Source: Candidatus Poribacteria bacterium
Lineage (GTDB): Bacteria > Poribacteria > WGA-4E > PCPOR2b
Length of the DNA: 64,000 nucleotides
Assembly (NCBI GenBank): GCA_965208675.1
Contig: OZ242351.1
Coordinates: 2,688,001 to 2,752,000, forward strand
Direction: 5' to 3'
The notes below the pieces were generated by a model. That model was not told the DNA's origin, did not search any database, and was given only the letters and a program-made list of their open reading frames with translations. The position numbers and the translations under genes are program-made. Positions 61,842 to 64,000 of this stretch are shown here, in pieces. The number at the start of each line of letters is the position of its first letter. The first letter of the stretch is position 1.

Positions 61842-62672
61842 ATGAAGAGCACATCTGTCAGATTAACCGTCTTTTGTATCGGTCTGATCATCATCAGTCT
61901 GGTGTTAACAGGTAAAACCGACGCCCAACTTGACATTGAAGGCGCTGTAGCGATATGGCTTTTTGACGAAGGTAGAGGCGATAAAGTAGCCGATGCCTCC
62001 GGCAATGGTAATGATGGAGAGTTTGTAAATAATCCAGAATGGGTCGAAGGAAAATTTGGCGACGCTTTGGATTTCGATGGAATTGTTGACTATGTACAGA
62101 TAAATGTCCCAGTCGTTGTGGAAACCGATGACTTCACAATGGGCTGTTGGGTGAATCCAGGAAAAGTCCAAAAACAGTGGGCAAATATTCTCTCTAGCCA
62201 TGGCGGCGATCCAGGTCCTCCGATAAATTGTGAGGGAATGTCCTTTGAACAGAATAGCGACACTCCAAATCGGTTCTACTTTATCGGGGGAGGTGCGCCG
62301 CGGCAATGTTGGCTTGGCCAAGCGGCGCAAACTCAACTGAAGAGCGGTGTTTGGCAGCATTTCGTCGTTGTACGCAAGGATGGTAAACTGACACATTATC
62401 TGGACGGTGAGGTGTCCGCGGAGGTAGGCCTTCCACAAGACCTCGCGGTTGCCACAGATAGGTTTCGCATCGCTAACTGGAGTCGCCACGGGAACCGGGA
62501 ATTCCAGGGGAAGGTTGACGAAGCCATGGTTTTCAGTCGAGCACTAAGCCACGATGAAATTACCACGGCCATGAATGAAGGTATTGCCGAGATATTGCCA
62601 GTTGCCCCAGTGGACAAAGCGCTCACTACGACGTGGGGGACATTAAAATGGATGAATCGGAGAAGAGAATAA
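61842..62672 (+). CDS. Secreted LamG domain protein (tandem paralog)
   Basis: Shares SSHG.DPGPP..C.GMS.EQ and CWLGQAAQTQL with the preceding gene; tail VAPVDKALTTTWGTLK. Confidence 0.87.
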   Translation: MKSTSVRLTVFCIGLIIISLVLTGKTDAQLDIEGAVAIWLFDEGRGDKVADASGNGNDGEFVNNPEWVEGKFGDALDFDGIVDYVQINVPVVVETDDFTMGCWVNPGKVQKQWANILSSHGGDPGPPINCEGMSFEQNSDTPNRFYFIGGGAPRQCWLGQAAQTQLKSGVWQHFVVVRKDGKLTHYLDGEVSAEVGLPQDLAVATDRFRIANWSRHGNREFQGKVDEAMVFSRALSHDEITTAMNEGIAEILPVAPVDKALTTTWGTLKWMNRRRE

Positions 62673-63181
62673 CGACCGGTTCATCTACTACCAAGTGGGC
62701 GATTTGGTAGAAGTCTTGTCGACACTTGAGACAAGCGTTGTTTAATTCAAGGATTGAATCAAACAGTAAGGTCCCAAGGTATTCTAAGTGTTTCATCGTC
62801 TGAAACTAAGGTCCTGCCTCACTATTATTCAGTTTTCTTACCCTGCGCACTAGAGCAACTTCCGCTCCTTGCTGCTGTGGTGCGTCCATCCAACCTGTAA
62901 TTATTCGGCGTTTTTGACCGCACAAGCCCGTTGAATTAGTGTAAAATTCTGTCAAAAGAAATTCCAGAATTTACTGTTCTATTCCCACACTGATACCGTC
63001 TAGCACATCGTTGGAAGAACAGTGATGCAGCAACGCCCCAAGAAAACTCCACGACCAAATGCGATCGAAAATTCCATTGAAACACGATTCCCTCCGGTGG
63101 AATCTCGAAAGCCGTTCTGTTTCTGACCCAATCTCGATTCTCTAATAGTAGGACTCTTTTCGTTTTCTGCAAAAGGCAATC

Positions 63182-64000
63182 ATGCCCGTAATTAGCAGAC
63201 CGCCGCTCAGAAGATTTTTCAGTTGTAAGGTTTCGGCTCTGGCTTTGGTTATCCTGCTGGGGCTTAGCCGGGCGGCGCCAAGCCAGGCACCTGAAGGGTT
63301 CGAATTCGCCGATGTCGTGGAGAAATACCAGAAGGCTGTGGATGAATATCCGGCGTCGATAGAGGCGTATATGAATCTAGGCTTCGCGTATCTAGCGGTG
63401 GATGCGATGGAGCAAGCCAAGGAGATGTTCCGCGAGGTGCTCCGATTGGACGCGGAGTCTCCTGAAGGACACTATTGGCTAGGGCGAATCGACAATCTCC
63501 AGGGCAATTTTGAGAAATCAATTTTTTCTTTTCAGAGTGCTGTCCGTTTGCTTCCAAACTGGAGCGACGCGTATTCGGAGTTGGGATTGTGCTATTTTCG
63601 GACATACAAATATGATGAGGCTGAAGCCGCTTTCAAGAAGGCGCTTTCGCTGATGGCAATGTCGAAAACCCATCGCCCTCGATTTGCACCACCGCCCATC
63701 TTCGAAAAAGAAAACCAAGAATGGATAAATAAAGTGGCACCGATGCTAAAAAGCGGTATTGTTTATTATCTTAGCCTTATCGCATTCGAACGTCGACTTT
63801 TTGACGAGACTGCCGAATACTGCCGTCAAGTTATCCGGATAGAACCCCAATTTGCGGAGGCGTATTTTCAGCTTGGGATGGTTCATGTTCAAAAAAAAGA
63901 GTGGGAAGCGGCAGAGAAAGCATTCGGCCAGGCAATTCACATTAGACCTCAAATGGGGCACGCCCACTACCAGTTGGGGTTATTGTATTTCAGACAAGGC
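63182..64000 (+). CDS. Secreted TPR-repeat protein (runs off the window end; absent from the ORF track)
   Basis: Open frame from ATG 63182: signal peptide, then AYMNLGFAY, HYWLGRI, AYSELGLCY and AYFQLGMVH repeats. Confidence 0.85.
   Translation, partial: MPVISRPPLRRFFSCKVSALALVILLGLSRAAPSQAPEGFEFADVVEKYQKAVDEYPASIEAYMNLGFAYLAVDAMEQAKEMFREVLRLDAESPEGHYWLGRIDNLQGNFEKSIFSFQSAVRLLPNWSDAYSELGLCYFRTYKYDEAEAAFKKALSLMAMSKTHRPRFAPPPIFEKENQEWINKVAPMLKSGIVYYLSLIAFERRLFDETAEYCRQVIRIEPQFAEAYFQLGMVHVQKKEWEAAEKAFGQAIHIRPQMGHAHYQLGLLYFRQG

Noticed and set aside
63142-63967. Minus-strand ORFs at the window end
   Set aside because: They are shadows of the plus-strand TPR gene that runs off the window

Overview
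A 64-kb bacterial chromosomal window, most likely from a Poribacteria-like (sponge-symbiont type) genome. That assignment is inference from three LamG proteins with a C-terminal V-x-P-x-x-K...W-x-x-[IL]-K tail, a PorV-like barrel, and HEAT, LRR, WD40 and TPR proteins. Housekeeping genes include serS, tRNA-Val and tRNA-Asp, a double-length uvrA, rpsT, mtaB, udg, pgi/pmi, rseP and rarA. They flank an accessory region (about 27.6-46.3 kb) holding a three-gene TIGR04255 operon, a type IIG restriction-modification gene, and single secreted or repeat-protein genes separated by REP/MITE-like repeats. Main highlights: (1) a probable selenocysteine rhodanese, with an in-frame TGA at the catalytic Cys position, coupled to serS and truncated in the ORF track; (2) a coupled TIGR04255 / NWDGY-protein / ART-like triad beside the RM gene, a candidate undescribed toxin-antitoxin or defence system; (3) an atypical ALDH / Fe-ADH / beta-propeller / HemN-like radical SAM operon, possibly linked to the CoA ligase and halogenase pair at the window start; (4) nested repeat families, including a MITE with a target-site duplication inside a REP hairpin. 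All family assignments come from motif recognition by eye; no database searches were run.
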